The notes beneath the pieces were generated by a model, which had not been told where the DNA came from, made no database searches, and was given only the letters and a program-made list of their open reading frames with translations. A program made the position numbers and the translations under genes. Of a DNA stretch of 64,000 nt, positions 27,023 through 40,092 are shown one piece after another; the first letter of the stretch is position 1, and each line of letters starts with the position of its first letter. Source of the stretch: Chrysomallon squamiferum (taxonomy: Eukaryota > Animalia > Mollusca); contig CM022678.1 of NCBI GenBank assembly GCA_012295275.1, forward strand, positions 5,890,001 through 5,954,000, in the 5' to 3' direction.

Positions 27023-28361
27023 CTGAAATAAAAAATGTCTAACGTTACATAAATGTGTAATTCATTGATCTTTCAATGTTTAGTAAATAAGTGAATTGTT
27101 TTAATAATTTAAAATTTTAATAGCATTAATGAAATAACTGTTTTTAGTAGTATTTATTATTGTAATTTTTATCAAATATTTAGTAAATTAGTATTAAATA
27201 AAGGATATAGTTAATAAAGCCTTAATCATTTTCAAATATTAATAGGTGATGTGTTAATGAAATGAATTTGTAATTAATTATTCTTGAAGTATTTAGTGAA
27301 CGAGTAAATAATCCTTAAATATTAATGGGTATTATATTATAAGAAATTTCATATAAAACTACATCAGAAGACAAACCAAACAGTCTAAAGCTGTCCTTAA
27401 CAGACATTAATATGCAAAATCTGAACTGAAATGGGCAGGCATGATAAACACCAAGTATAAGCAACTACATCCAGTGTTTCTTAATCTTTTTTCTTTCTTT
27501 TTTTCAAGTGTCCACTTTCAGATAATTTTTAAGTTTGGGACTATATTTCAGAAATACTTTGAATTCATAAGTCTAATCTAAAGTATTTTTACATATTATA
27601 AATATACAGCTTTTATCAACACCCTCTGTTCTCATGATGTCATACAGGTGTGTTGTTGTCCTCAGTGAGAATCACTGTAATGTACTAGCTTGTTCTTATC
27701 TGATTTCTGCCATTTGTTATGAATTGTTGTTCAAGAAACCCAGACATGATTCCATGGCATCTACACTAAGCTACATGTTCCTTACATAAAGCTGAGTATT
27801 ATAAACTTTAAACAGACAATGTTTCTGTGATAGAATAGATAATGTGCCAATACTTTATTAACAATAAATATCAAAAGTTCTATTTTATTACAATATTCTA
27901 AATGTCTGATACATCTTTTCATTATAACGTAGGTGCTTTGCATCTAACTGAACATTTTTAGACGGAGATACCCAGGCATTAAACTTGACCAGCAAAAACA
28001 TTACACTAAACACTAACGAATGAATGAATATTTAACAACACCCCACATGAAAAATATATTGACTACTGGGTGTCAAACAAAGGTAAACATAACAAAATGA
28101 TGATACACTAAACACTATATGACACAACATCTATTGAAACTCACCTCAGTATGACTGCTAAAGTATTTATTAACGCAGTTTATTCCAATAAATTCTTTAA
28201 AAAAAAACTGTATCCATGACAACGTTCACTAAATATAAATATAAAAAAATAAAATAAAATAAAAATTTCTTGTTCTCACAGTCCAACACAATCATTTTCA
28301 ACACACCGTACATAACAAACCCATGCTAAATGTTTAACTGTCCTTTTAAAACTGATTCTAC

Positions 28362-28624
28362 CTGAGACACGAAAGTGGCCAGTTCATCAGAATGCTACTG
28401 ACGGCCGGGAGCTGCCAGAAATTGACCGCCGCCCTCAACAGGGTGGGTGCCAGGTGAGTAGGCACAGATTTCAAGGTGAGTTCTGCCAGAACGGGGTGAG
28501 CATTGATGGCTTTGCAACACAAATCCAACATGGAGAGGGGTTCTGTCTGATTTGGCTCGGCAGTTTTTTCATTTCGACTTATCTTGAGGTTATCGTAGTT
28601 GACATAGTCCAATGCTCGAAACAT
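28362..28624 (-). CDS. LRRC14: LRRC14/PRAME-family LRR protein, exon A (BC-box/Cul2-box-like N-terminus)
   Basis: PLSMLDLCCKAI...LKSVPTHLAPTLLRAA...ILMNWPLSCL matches the PRAME/LRRC14 N-terminal pattern. Acceptor lies directly before the ATG; donor AG|GTAGAA. Confidence 0.8.
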
Positions 28625-29599
28625 CTGAAATTTAGAAGAATAAGAAAAAATATTAATTATTAATATATAGTTATGTATACAAACAAATGTAAAAAAAAAA
28701 AAAATAATAATAATATAGATACATCACTTAACTACATATAAATGCAGTTAATATTGAGAGAGAGAGAGAGAGAGAGAGTGGCGCTAACAGGCATATATAG
28801 TCTTAGTTTTGTACACACACACACACACATACACACTTTGCTCAGTTCAAATAAATCATTCTCTGAAACCCTAATTACTGTATGCAGTAGCTGTCTGTCC
28901 CTAATACACAACAATACAAGCCAGGGTATCACTAAGTAAATATGGGGAGTGTCTGTCCATACCAAATGATACTTAACTGAAAATAATCTTTGTGCGGATA
29001 ATGCATATCTCACAGTAACAGCAACATAATAAATGTGTTTAAATCTAACATCACTGGGTGGGTAAAATAACAACAAGAAAGGAACTATTTTCAGTTACTA
29101 GTAAATGATCTCTTACATATGCATCCCAAATTTTTTGGTTTTGATCAAATTCTGAGGACAGAATAGACTTAATCTGTTATCACCTCAGTATGAATGGAAA
29201 GGCAGAGTTACAGGAATTAACTGTAACAGTTTTTATACGCACATTTTATTTATTTGACTAGCTATTTGTTGTCAAAACCTGAACAGTTTTAGTAACCTAG
29301 TATGCACTGTACTTGTAACTACATATACTGACATAAACATTTGTTTTGATCACTTCCTCTCATTTGACATCAGTCAAATCATCAAGTTTGGAAGCCCTTC
29401 AAAAGCATGATGTGCCCATCATCTGTTGGTACAGATAACATATGTATTTTTTTGTTAAAACATGTGACTGCAAAAAAGATTAAACGATTATTTATTTATT
29501 ACTGTGAGTGTGAAGGAGGTTGGCAGAACTGACATAACTGGAGCTTGTAAAAATAAAAATTAAAATGTTTCAGTGGCAGTGAAAATGCATGCCAGCTCC

Positions 29600-30226
29600 A
29601 AGAATAATTACGTCTCTGACAAAGAATACAAATGGAATCAAGACTCGGTCTGATTATTATGATTATCGTTTAGAGCATTAGTTGGTACGTCGCTCGATTC
29701 GACACTATTTATTACAGGAATAAAAATATTCAAGCATATGCAAAATAATGTCAAACTGGAAGAAAGAAAATCTGCTGTCAGTGATGATCATGTTATATTA
29801 ACTATTCGAAATTCTTTACAAAGTATCACAAGATGAAAAGAAGTATTATTTCCCCAAAGATAACAAAGTTACAAACGAAACCCAATTTATTTATTCAACT
29901 TTTGTATATAAATGTAATACAAACGTGTTTAAAAAAATTTAATGACATGCTCTCCATTAATATCTATTTTAAGCAACGCACCTTTATGTCTGGCAAGGCA
30001 AGTATAATGAAAATGTTATAAAAAGTAAAGCCACATTTTCATTCCCAGAAGTAGGGATTTTGTTTCTATTTCACTCTCATTCAATTCTCGTTGCCTCTAA
30101 CGTTAATCTCGTTTTGTGATTGTGGTGAAAAACATAATAGTAACCGGACCGTAAACACTGGTTCGGACAAAATATTAAAATTTTATATGATTAACGAAGT
30201 AATAGAGTGTTTTGCTGATATTTATT

Positions 30227-30286
<60 letters not shown>

Positions 30287-30410
30287 GCTGCTGTTGCAGT
30301 TATTTTTGGTTGATGTTGTTTTTATTATTGCGTTGTTGTTGTTCTTACTGAACATTACTTTCGGTATTTTTCACTTAGATAACTGTTAGAGTAAACATAT
30401 TAATTATACA

Positions 30411-30464
<54 letters not shown>

Positions 30465-31023
30465 CACACACACACATACACACATACATATATACATACT
30501 CATACATACATAAATACATACATACATGCATACATACAATGATACATCATGTATTACATGCATACAATGATACATATATATGTCGTTATTATTCGTTTTA
30601 TTATTACTAATACCACTATCACAGTATCTTGTATATGTTCTTTCATATTATAATTAAACAAAATTCATAATCGTTTTTCAGTATTAAAACATTTGTTGAC
30701 ATAAAATACCATTCGTTAATTTATAAGTAATAATAAACATTATGCTGATGGAAACATGTGTGCTCCAGACCAGTGGTGGAATTTTCATAGGAAAGTTACG
30801 ATGGGGTTGATCATGAGATACTGATTGTAAACATTTAATTATATTCAAATCAGTCAGTTTATTTTATTACTAGCGTGCATTTTTGTTGAATTGACTGTAT
30901 ACATGGAATACTATGTGCTGAAATGCAGGCACTGACATTGTTTCAGACTAAGAATATCGGCCAACAGTCAAATGTTGACAGGATAGCGGTAAATGGGGAA
31001 AAGCAAACGATCGTGTGAGTTAA
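29600..31023. promoter_or_regulatory. Divergent (head-to-head) promoter region between LRRC14-like and SNX19
   Basis: Start codons are 2.4 kb apart on opposite strands; CpG-containing patches at ~29640-29705 and ~30085-30200. Confidence 0.45.
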
Positions 31024-32764
31024 ATGGTGTCTGCAATGAAATTGAAAACCTTTCTCTGCGATTTAATTAGCTGGGATATTTTAACAACCTTTCAGAAAAT
31101 AATTTTAGTGTTTGTAGTTTTAACTGTGATATCTTACTTGACCGGTACTTGGTCTGCTTTTGTTGTAATGATACTGAGCTTCCCTTTGGCGTCTGCGCTC
31201 AGTGAAAAATTGCACCGAAGGAAAACACCCATCGGATCGGACGTTGTTCTGATTACCGTGCATTATGTGAAAGTGATTATCAATTCATTTGAAATTCTTT
31301 TAAATAAACCAGAGCCAAAGTCATCTGATTCTGATCACTGTTGCAGCACTGATAAAATCGTCCACGATGACGAGATATCGCTATCGGAGATCGTCAAGGC
31401 AGAACGAAGTATAGCAGATTTAATCGTCAGGGATTTTGTGAAGTCGTGGTTTTCATCATTCAGCGATGAATCTCAGTTTCTGGAAGAATCTCGAAATATT
31501 CTGTACGTTGCTGCAGCAAACTGTCATCATCGCGTCTCAACGTTGAAGGCCCACGACCTGGTGTTTTCATCAATCACCTTATTTTACAAACATCTGCGGC
31601 AGTTCCAAAAGTCAAAAGTTATTTACGAGAGCCATAAAAAGACATTACAAAAGAACAAAGACAAATGCATGCTAAACTTGAAATATGGAGTATCGCTGGA
31701 AGAAGCTTTCAGCTCGAATTTTCAGTATCACCCTGCTTTGGCAGATTCCGATTCAGAAATTAAATATTTAAGAAGTTTGGCAAAGGCTGCATTAATGTTA
31801 GTGCTTCCCAATAATGTGTATGTGTGTCAGTCCTCGCAGATAGTTTTCATAGAGGTAGTGGCTTTCAAAATATTAAAACAAGTTTCATTTCTGATGTCAG
31901 ATTCTCACTGGCTTCACGAACATATGATTATTCTTTTTTCTGGAAACATTTCTGAGGAACCAAAATCTTCTACAGAGGAAATGTTTCTCGAAGGTTCTGG
32001 TAAGACGGATTCGAAATGTTCGGGTGAACTGGATGATTCTTCGAGTAAAGAGTCTTGCGATGGTTTAGGTGTAGAAAACAGAGGTAAAGGTCAAACAAAA
32101 AACATACCAAAAGTGACTTTCAATCTCTGCGATGAAGAAGGTGACAATGTTGTTACTGAAGATGTCGAGGATCGGTTTAAAACAAACAACGATGACACAG
32201 CACGTTGTCAAAACAGCTTTCAAAAATTCAACGATGACGGAAAGTCAGTTTGTAATTTGGAAGAGGATGTCGACAGCAGAAACGATGCAGCAGCTTGTGA
32301 ATGCAATGACAAAAAAAACAACTCAAAAACTTCCCAAACAACATTCCAAACCCAGACCAAGTGCGACACACAAAAAACTCGGCCCAAAAATACAACCCTG
32401 TCTGACGACAACGGACCAACGATAAACCTCCGCGAGGACATCAACGAAATAACCGTGCCAAGAGAAAAAAATGGGTGTGGCAACATGGGGGCAGGCGATC
32501 ACAGGGTCGGGGGGAACGATGCAGTTGCCGTTGAGTGCTCCGATGAAGCTTTGCCCGTGAAAGGAAACTGAAGTGATCCGTTTGTCGACCATCGACGTGG
32601 AAAATGCTGCCCTCGACTGCGATGGCGATGTTGACAGTCTGGGGGCGGATCCGCTGTTGATGATAAAAGACGAGTCGCTGATCTTTCAGGACATTTCCAT
32701 TCCAAAGACGGAAGAGTTTCAAGAGTTCCGCAGCAATTCAAAATACACGATGTATGTCATAGAG
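31024..32764 (+). CDS. SNX19: Sorting nexin-19, exon 1 (two N-terminal TM helices, PXA domain, linker, start of PX); contains a +1 frameshift at 32560-32568
   Basis: PXA motifs IVRDFVKSWF and HPAL..SDSEIKYLR. ORF 31024..32571 continues in the +1 frame (VIRLST...FQDISIPKTE...YTMYVIE) to donor GAG|GTGAGT. Confidence 0.85.
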
Positions 32765-33073
32765 GTGAGTGTTGAACGGGACGGGATCGGTTATATTTTA
32801 ATATTGTATGTGTGTGTGTGTATATATATATATATGTGTTTGTCTGTGTGTAATAGTGTCTGTAATTCTGTAAGTCTTTGTCTGTATGAATGAGTGTGTG
32901 TGTGTATGTGTGTAGGTCTCTTTTATTTTAATTAATATTGTGCATATGACTGAGATTGTGTATTGGTCAGTTAAATTTTAATACTGAATGTATAAACTGT
33001 GTTGGTAATTTGTTTTAGCTGAGTATGTATGAGCAAGTGTGTGAGAGCAAATGTTTCTGTCTGAGTGGTATCA

Positions 33074-33600
33074 GGGCAGTTCCCCCCCCAGGCAATTACC
33101 CCGTGGTCATTTCCCCAGTCATTTCCCCCCAGTCATTTTCTGCCTAGGATATAGCCTTCCGGATGTTTCCCCCCCTTTATTATATCTTTTATTATGAAAA
33201 TGTAAATGAAACTATGAAATGCAAATTACTTTGAATGAGTTTACTTTAATGTACATTTGTATGCATTTACATACAGTTACATACATAATAAATTTGCATT
33301 TGAAGATTATGTGACTCTGTAACTATAATATGTTTTCTGGAATTAATATTATAAACAGTCTTAATAAGTTAATTGTAATTAACTAATAATAATTCATTCA
33401 GTGAAGAAAACCCAGCCTTTTTATGTTTATCACAATTGCATCTGTCCTTCCCTTGCTCAGAAACACCCCATCAATTACATAAATAAAGATATTAATAAGC
33501 TTAAAACATAATATTATAATATACACATAATGTTAATAATAGTATATTATAACATAATAAATATAATGGAGATATGAGGGAAAATGCCATAGAATTGTCT
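33074..33600. mobile_element. Possible non-autonomous DNA element remnant in SNX19 intron 1
   Basis: Short C-rich repeats (GTCATTTCCCC) at 33074-33176 and an inverted similar motif GAGGGAAAATGCC at ~33577. Confidence 0.3.
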
Positions 33601-33935
33601 GAGTATGTGTGTTTTTGTGTTATTTATATGTCTCTGTGTGTTACTGTATCTATTATTCATTTGTGTGTGTGTGTGTGTTTGTGTATATATATATATAAAT
33701 ATATAATTAATGTAATAATTTACATATATTTATGACTGTCAGTGTGTTTATGCATATACATACATGTGTGTGTGCGTGTGTTAATGTGTTATATTTGATT
33801 TCTAAATTTTTGATTTCCATTTGAAATAAAATTACTGATTCCATAATCATTATCAGGATAAATTAAATATTCAAAAAAATAAATAAATAAAATAAAATAA
33901 AATAAATGAACGTGCAACTTTTTTTTCCCTTGAAG

Positions 33936-34065
33936 TACGTTGCCCTCTACTTTTCCGATGGAAACCCGGTTCTGAAAAGTGGAATTGTGAAACGTCGATT
34001 TCGAGAATTTGTCAACCTGCAGGCAAGATTAGATGACCAGTCAAAATACAGAAACTTGCTCAAAG
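33936..34065 (+). CDS. SNX19: SNX19 exon 2 (PX domain)
   Basis: VKRRFREFVNLQARLD resembles the SNX19 PX motif (RRYREFLNLQTRLE, recalled from memory). Phase 0->1. Confidence 0.9.
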
Positions 34066-34654
34066 GTAGAGCTCTCTCTCTCTGCTTACCTGTCTGTCTG
34101 TCTGTCTGTCTGCGTGTTTTTATATATAAATGTAGAACTTAAAATAACATATGAATATATATACATATATTTAAATAAATACTTTTGTCACTATATATAT
34201 ATATATATATATATAAAAAAAGTATTTATTTAAATATACACACAATGATAAATACACTGATGTAAGTATATATGTTTAAAATGCACATACATACAGAGAA
34301 AAAACAACATGCAGTCTCATAATTAATACTGTTATTATCTATTACTTACTTTTAATACTTTTATTATCTATTACTTACTTTTAATACTGTTGTTATCTAT
34401 TACTTACTGTTAATATTGTATTATTATTATTATTATTATTACTACTACTGTTACTATCATCATCATCATCATCATTTAAATAATTTTCATTATATAGTTC
34501 ATCATTAATACCCCATCAGATTTAGTATAACAGTACAAAGTCAATTCCCAGAGAATTAAAAATTACAACATCATCTTTAATAAACACATGTTTATCTAAT
34601 TTGAATTTGGAATTGTTTTTACATTATCTTTTTTTTTTCATTTAAAATTTTCAG

Positions 34655-34752
34655 ATGTCAAAGGACCCAGTCGGTGGGCTACTTTGCCGTTTAAAAACCG
34701 AGACAAAGACAGCATTGAGAGCAGAAGGGTTTTCCTGGACAAGTTTCTCAAA
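34655..34752 (+). CDS. SNX19: SNX19 exon 3 (PX domain)
   Basis: TTTTCAG acceptor; encodes DVKGPSRWATLPFKNRDKDSIESRRVFLDKFLK; phase 1->0. Confidence 0.9.
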
Positions 34753-35244
34753 GTAATAATTATTTTTAAAATATTTTCACTTACAAATCTGTATGTGTTA
34801 TTGAAGTTTTTGAAGTTTCATTCACGTTTTTTCAAGTTTCGTTCACGTTTTTCAAGTTTTTCATTCACGTTTTTCATGTGCTTGTATGCTTCCTCATCAT
34901 AATTTTTGAAACAGCAACTGGTGTTAAAATGTAAAATTTTGTGTATTTTTTGAATTTTTAAAAAATATTTTAGAGGATGTTAGTTGTTTATGTGCTATAT
35001 CCACTGAATCAATGTTAATCTTAAATTATACCTACATTAGTTAAAACTTATATTATGTTATAATTGTTTACTGTTTGTTTCATATTTATTTATTTATTTA
35101 TTTTCTATTTATCTATCTATTTATCTATCTATTTATTTGTTTATTTTATTTTTTATTTTATTTTATATTTTTAATTTATTCATTCATCCATCAATTCATT
35201 TGTTTATTTTTGTTAAATTATTTATTTTGTTTCATAAACTAAAG

Positions 35245-35280
<36 letters not shown>

Positions 35281-35753
35281 TACTGCACAGTTCCTTCATG
35301 GTTCATTTGTCTAGTTCCCAACCTTTGCTAATAACAAAGTCTAAGATGTCTCAAAATATTTTTTCACTTAATAGCAAGAAACATTCATTTTATACACCCA
35401 ACCCATTAAGAGATTAACAAGACAGCACACACCATCACCATTGTTAACATTCATTTATTTCCATTATTTACATTAGGCTGTGATTATGATTATTACACAA
35501 GGATATGATCATTAATTATGAGGAGCCACGCAGGTTCACTACCTACCTTTTTGATTCACCTGTTTGCACCAGCACTGTCCTCTTTTAAGTTAAATAATTT
35601 GACCTGAATGAATGAATGAATGAATGAATGAATGAATGAATGAATGAATGTATAAACGAGATCCCAGAACAACTTACTATAACCATCTGTTGGGTAAAGC
35701 ATAATAAATAGTTTGATCTGTTACACGTATTAATTTCTTGGTTCCACTTTCAG

Positions 35754-35879
35754 GGTCTGATTATGGTAGAAGCTGTCTGTAACGGTCCTGAACTCCGCGA
35801 GTTTTTGGCGTATGAAGGAGACGGCCATATTGCTTTTGTGCGCAAAGCTCCAGAGATGTCAGTGCCCAGAATAGACAAG
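35754..35879 (+). CDS. SNX19: SNX19 exon 4 (end of PX)
   Basis: Encodes GLIMVEAVCNGPELREFLAYEGDGHIAFVRKAPEMSVPRIDK; donor AAG|GTGAGA. Confidence 0.9.
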
Positions 35880-36305
35880 GTGAGACTTAAACAGTTTGGT
35901 TCTTTTTAAAAAAAAAATTATTTTAGTTTTCGGTGCCCTGAATAGACAGGGTGAGACTTAAAGAATTTGTTTCTTTTTAAAATAATTATTTTAGTTTTTG
36001 GTGCCCTGAATAGACAAGGTGGGAAGATCAAATTTGTTTCTTTTAAAAAAAATTATTTTAGTTTTTGGTGCCCTGAATAGACAAGGTGAGACTTAAAAAA
36101 TTTGTTTCTTTTCATAAAATTATTTAGTTTTTGGTGCCTGGAATAGACAAGGTGAGACTTAAAATAAAATAATTTAGGGATGAGAATAGACTTAAAAATT
36201 TGTTTCTTTTAAAAAAAAATTATTTTGGTTTTTGGTGCCCAGAATATATAGGGTGAGACTTAAAAAATTTGTTTCTTTTTAAAAAAATTATTTTAGTTTT
36301 TGGAT
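35862..36305 (+). repeat. ~68-bp tandem array containing copies of the SNX19 exon-4 donor
   Basis: GTGCCC(A/T)GAATAGACAAGGTGAGACTT at ~35862, 35933, 36001, 36068, 36134, 36235. Confidence 0.92.
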
Positions 36306-36458
36306 TGTTTTTATTAAGTTACACAGCTTTATTACTGAAAAAACACATGTGAAATTTATTTATTTTATTTCCACGTCTTATCTTGCCAGATTTCGAAATC
36401 ATTTTTTTGATCATTATTATTTCTTTTATATATTTGTTTTCATTATTTTTATTTTCAG

Positions 36459-36638
36459 ATGTTTGCCCGAACAGTGTCTGAAGTATTTGACCGTCTGAAG
36501 GCAATACCAGACATCCCCCACAATGTCATGTCCACTATCACAAAGAGGGAGAAATCAGTGGACAGAGAGGACCAGAAGAAAATTGAGGACACTGTCCAAC
36601 TGGAAATTGATTTCTCCTGTTCCGAAACAGACCAGCAG
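36459..36638 (+). CDS. SNX19: SNX19 exon 5
   Basis: TTTTCAG acceptor and CAG|GTAAAT donor; phase 0->0. Reads MFARTVSEVFDRLK... Confidence 0.85.
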
Positions 36639-36934
36639 GTAAATATTTTAAAAAAAAATATATAAAAAAATATTTTCGGTTGTTATCAGATTTCTGGCAG
36701 CCTCAGTTGCCTATGAATGAAAATGCCAGTGCTGTTGTTGTTGTTGTTGTTGTTGAAGTTTGAGCATGGTTTATCCTTTGATCTTGTAGTGGTTGTGTCA
36801 GAATTGTTTTCGGGTGGTTTAGTGAATTGATAAATTCTTGTGAAGGTAAAGGAAGGTAGTGCAGACTGTTGGTTTTTGTTTCAACAGTTGTCATGAGTTT
36901 GTGAGGTTACTTCATAATTTTTTAATTCTTATTT

Positions 36935-36966
<32 letters not shown>

Positions 36967-37389
36967 GTTGTTATGTGGCTCATAATGTGTTCATTCATTT
37001 TTGTCCTTTATTATTATTGTTGTTATTATTATTATTATTTTTTTTATTAATTTTTTTTTTTTTTTGCTTTTACTTTGTACCTTTTTGTTTTTTGACAAAT
37101 AATAGAAGACTTTCAGTTAGAAAAAAAATTGTATTAACAAAGTTTGCTGCACTGGGTTATAAAACTCTTTAAAAGAAATTTAATGCAGTGAAACGAAGTA
37201 ACTACAGTGAGGACATCAACATCAACAACAACAACAACAATAACAACACACAAAAATAGCAACATAACAGCAGTACAACCTTCACCACAACATCAACAAC
37301 AACAACAACAACAGTTTCAGCAATGAATCCCAGACACGTCTTCAACAGTTTCATGGATATTTGTCAAAAGTTTTATTTCTCCATTCTAG

Positions 37390-37540
37390 TTTGAAGATTT
37401 TGAAGAATACATCTCGAACTTCTCCAAACCTGAGAATGCAAATACAACCGAAGAAGATGCTACGCAGGAGGATTGTCAGAAGCTGTTGTCACGGTTACAG
37501 CAACAAGGACTGGACATTCCAGATAAAACTGTAGATGAAG
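37390..37540 (+). CDS. SNX19: SNX19 exon 6
   Basis: TTCTAG acceptor and G|GTAAGA donor; phase 0->1. Reads FEDFEEYISNFSKPEN...DIPDKTVDE. Confidence 0.8.
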
Positions 37541-38010
37541 GTAAGATGTAACGAATACAGGAATCAGTGCCAAACATCCTCAACATATTTCCCATATGTC
37601 GTTAGCTTAAGCCAGATAGGGTTTTGGAGAATGTAGTGCTCTATTTATTTAATATATATATATATATATTCCCCATGGTTTGTTAAGAGAATATGAAACT
37701 CCCTAGCCTTAGAATATTCCCTATGGGGAATTAGCATGTAGGAACAGAAGGTCTAAATGTTGTGATTTCCCCATCTTGCATGATTCACTGTATCATTTAA
37801 TTCTTCTTAAGGAATATACTGTAGAAATAAGGTTAATATCCCAATCCAACGAGAACTCCAAAACTAGCTAATGAAAGGCTGGAGAAATTTGTTTTTTTGG
37901 CCAGAGGAAGATATATTTAAAAATATTTGGGATGGATATGTGTGTGTGTCTGTCTGTCTGTCTGTCTGTCTGTGTGTTTTAAATTATTTTTCTTGTTTAT
38001 TTTTCATCAG

Positions 38011-38149
38011 GGAACATTTTCACTGACATTCCATTGACTCATGCTGCAATTGCACTGGCAGTTCAGGCCCTGCAAGGGAGAGAACACTGGCTGTGTCGAG
38101 ACAGAGTTATCCGCTCTTTGACAATTCTGATTGGTCGGGCATTGAACAG
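38011..38149 (+). CDS. SNX19: SNX19 exon 7 (PXC/Nexin_C)
   Basis: Phase 1->2. Encodes DIPLTHAAIALAVQALQGREHWLCRDRVIRSLTILIGRALNR. Confidence 0.85.
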
Positions 38150-38499
38150 GTTACAGCTCTCTTTTTTTTATATATAAAAGTTTCTGTCTGTCTCAAAATT
38201 GTACAAAGTAAACAATCTCAGTAAATTAAGACTTTTTTTTATTAATATTTACAATATTTAATCAAGAGGGATACTTCAAGCACATTAATTCTTTGCTACA
38301 CTTATAAACTAGCCTAAAAAAAACAACAATTTCTTGCTGCTGTTTATAAAAAAGTATAGAACTGTATGTCTCATTATCTCTGTGATCCATGACAAAATGT
38401 GTGATATCAAATAACCATCAATTATAAATATCAATTATGAATATCAACTGTATCAATGAATAAAATATTTCTTCTTTTCTACATAACTTGTTACTTATC

Positions 38500-38850
38500 T
38501 TTTCCTCCCCTTTCTTCTGTCTTCCTTCCATCTTTCTTTCCATCTTCTCTCCCCTTCTTTCATCCATCTCTCAGTTTATTTCCTTCCTTCCCTTTGTCCT
38601 TCTTTCTTTCTTCTTCTTTCTTTCCTCTTCTCTCTTCCTTGAGATTCCAAAAGGAAACCAGAGAACATCTTTCCTTCCATATCCACTCCCTTCCTTTAGT
38701 TTGTCCTTCATTCTTTCCTTCTTCCTTCCCCTTCTTTCTTCCATCCCTCAGTTTATTTCCTTCCTTCCCTTTGTTCTTCTTTCTTTCTTCTTTCTTCTTT
38801 CCTCTTCTCTCTTCTTTGACACTCCAAAAGGAAACCAGAGAACATCTTCG
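38500..38850. repeat. ~180-bp pyrimidine-rich direct duplication
   Basis: Two copies ending CCAAAAGGAAACCAGAGAACATCTT (~38647 and ~38825). Confidence 0.9.
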
Positions 38851-38893
38851 ATCTTAACAGATTAATTTCTACTTTCCATTTCGTTTCTTCCAG

Positions 38894-39078
38894 ATGGTTA
38901 TGTGACCAGATCGATTCTCTGACGACAGAAGACAGCTTTGTCCACTACCTGACCCTCGTGAGGGACACTTTCTGGCCAAACGGTCATCTTTGCACTGATC
39001 GCCCCCCTGCCGTAAGCGAAGAGACTAGGAAAGCCCAACGAATCAAAGCCAAACAGAGCCTCAAAGAGTTTCTTCCAG
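38894..39078 (+). CDS. SNX19: SNX19 exon 8 (PXC/Nexin_C)
   Basis: WLCDQIDSLTTEDSFVHYLTLVRDTFWPNG is a Nexin_C signature. Donor CCAG|GTAAAC. Confidence 0.9.
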
Positions 39079-39137
39079 GTAAACAGGAAGTGCTTACAAC
39101 ATTAAAAAAAAAAAAAAAATGTTCTCTGATGTCATTA

Positions 39138-40092
39138 GAAATAGATAATGTTAAAAATAGATGAAAATAGATAATGTTAAAAACAGATGAAAGTAGATAA
39201 TGTTAAAAATAGATAAAAGTAGATAATGTTAAAAATGGATGAAAGTAGATAATGTTAAAAACGGATAAAAGTAGATAATGTTAAAAACAGATAAAAAGTA
39301 GATAATGTTAAAAACAGATGAAAGTAGATAATGTTAAAAATGGATGAAAGTAGATAATGTTAAAAATAGATGAAAGTAGATAATGTTAAAAACAGATGAA
39401 AGTAGATAAATGTTAAAAATAGATAAAAGTAGATAATGTTAAAAATAGATAAAAGTAGATCATGTTAAAAACGGATAAAAGTAGTTAATTTTAAAAATAG
39501 ATCAAAGTAGATAAATGTTAAAAATAGATAAAAGTAGATAATGTTAAAAACAGATGAAAGTAGATAATGTTAAAAATATATAAAAGTAGATAATTCTAAA
39601 AACGGATAAAAGTAGATAATGTTAAAAACAGATGAAAGTAGATAATGTTAAAAATATATAAAAGTAGATAATGTTAAAAACGGATAAAAGTTGATAACGT
39701 TAAAAACGGATAAAAGTAGATAATGTTAAAAATATATAAAAGTAGATAATGTTAAAAATGGATAAAAGTAGATAATGTTAAAAACAGATGAAAGTAGATA
39801 ATGTTAAAAACTGATGAAAGTAGATAATGTTAAAAACGGATAAAAGTAGATAATGTTTAAAAGAGATAAAAGTAGATAATGTTAAAAATAGATAAAAGTA
39901 GATAATGTTAAAAATAGATGAAAGTAGATAATGTTAAAAATGGATAAAAGTAGATAATGTTAAAAATGGATAAAAGTAGATAATGTTAAAAATAGATGAA
40001 AGTAGATAATGTTAAAAATGGATAAAAGTAGATAATGTTAAAAACGGATAAAAGTAGATAATGTTAAAAATAGATAAAAGTAGATAATGTTC
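39138..40092. repeat. 26-bp minisatellite (AAAGTAGATAATGTTAAAAAYRGATR), about 36 copies
   Basis: Direct inspection. Confidence 0.97.

Noticed and set aside
31024-32571. Stand-alone 515-aa PXA-only gene, or assignment as SNX13/14/25
   Set aside because: The frame continues by +1 into PX and PXC exons; no RGS domain is visible and the PX sequence matches SNX19.
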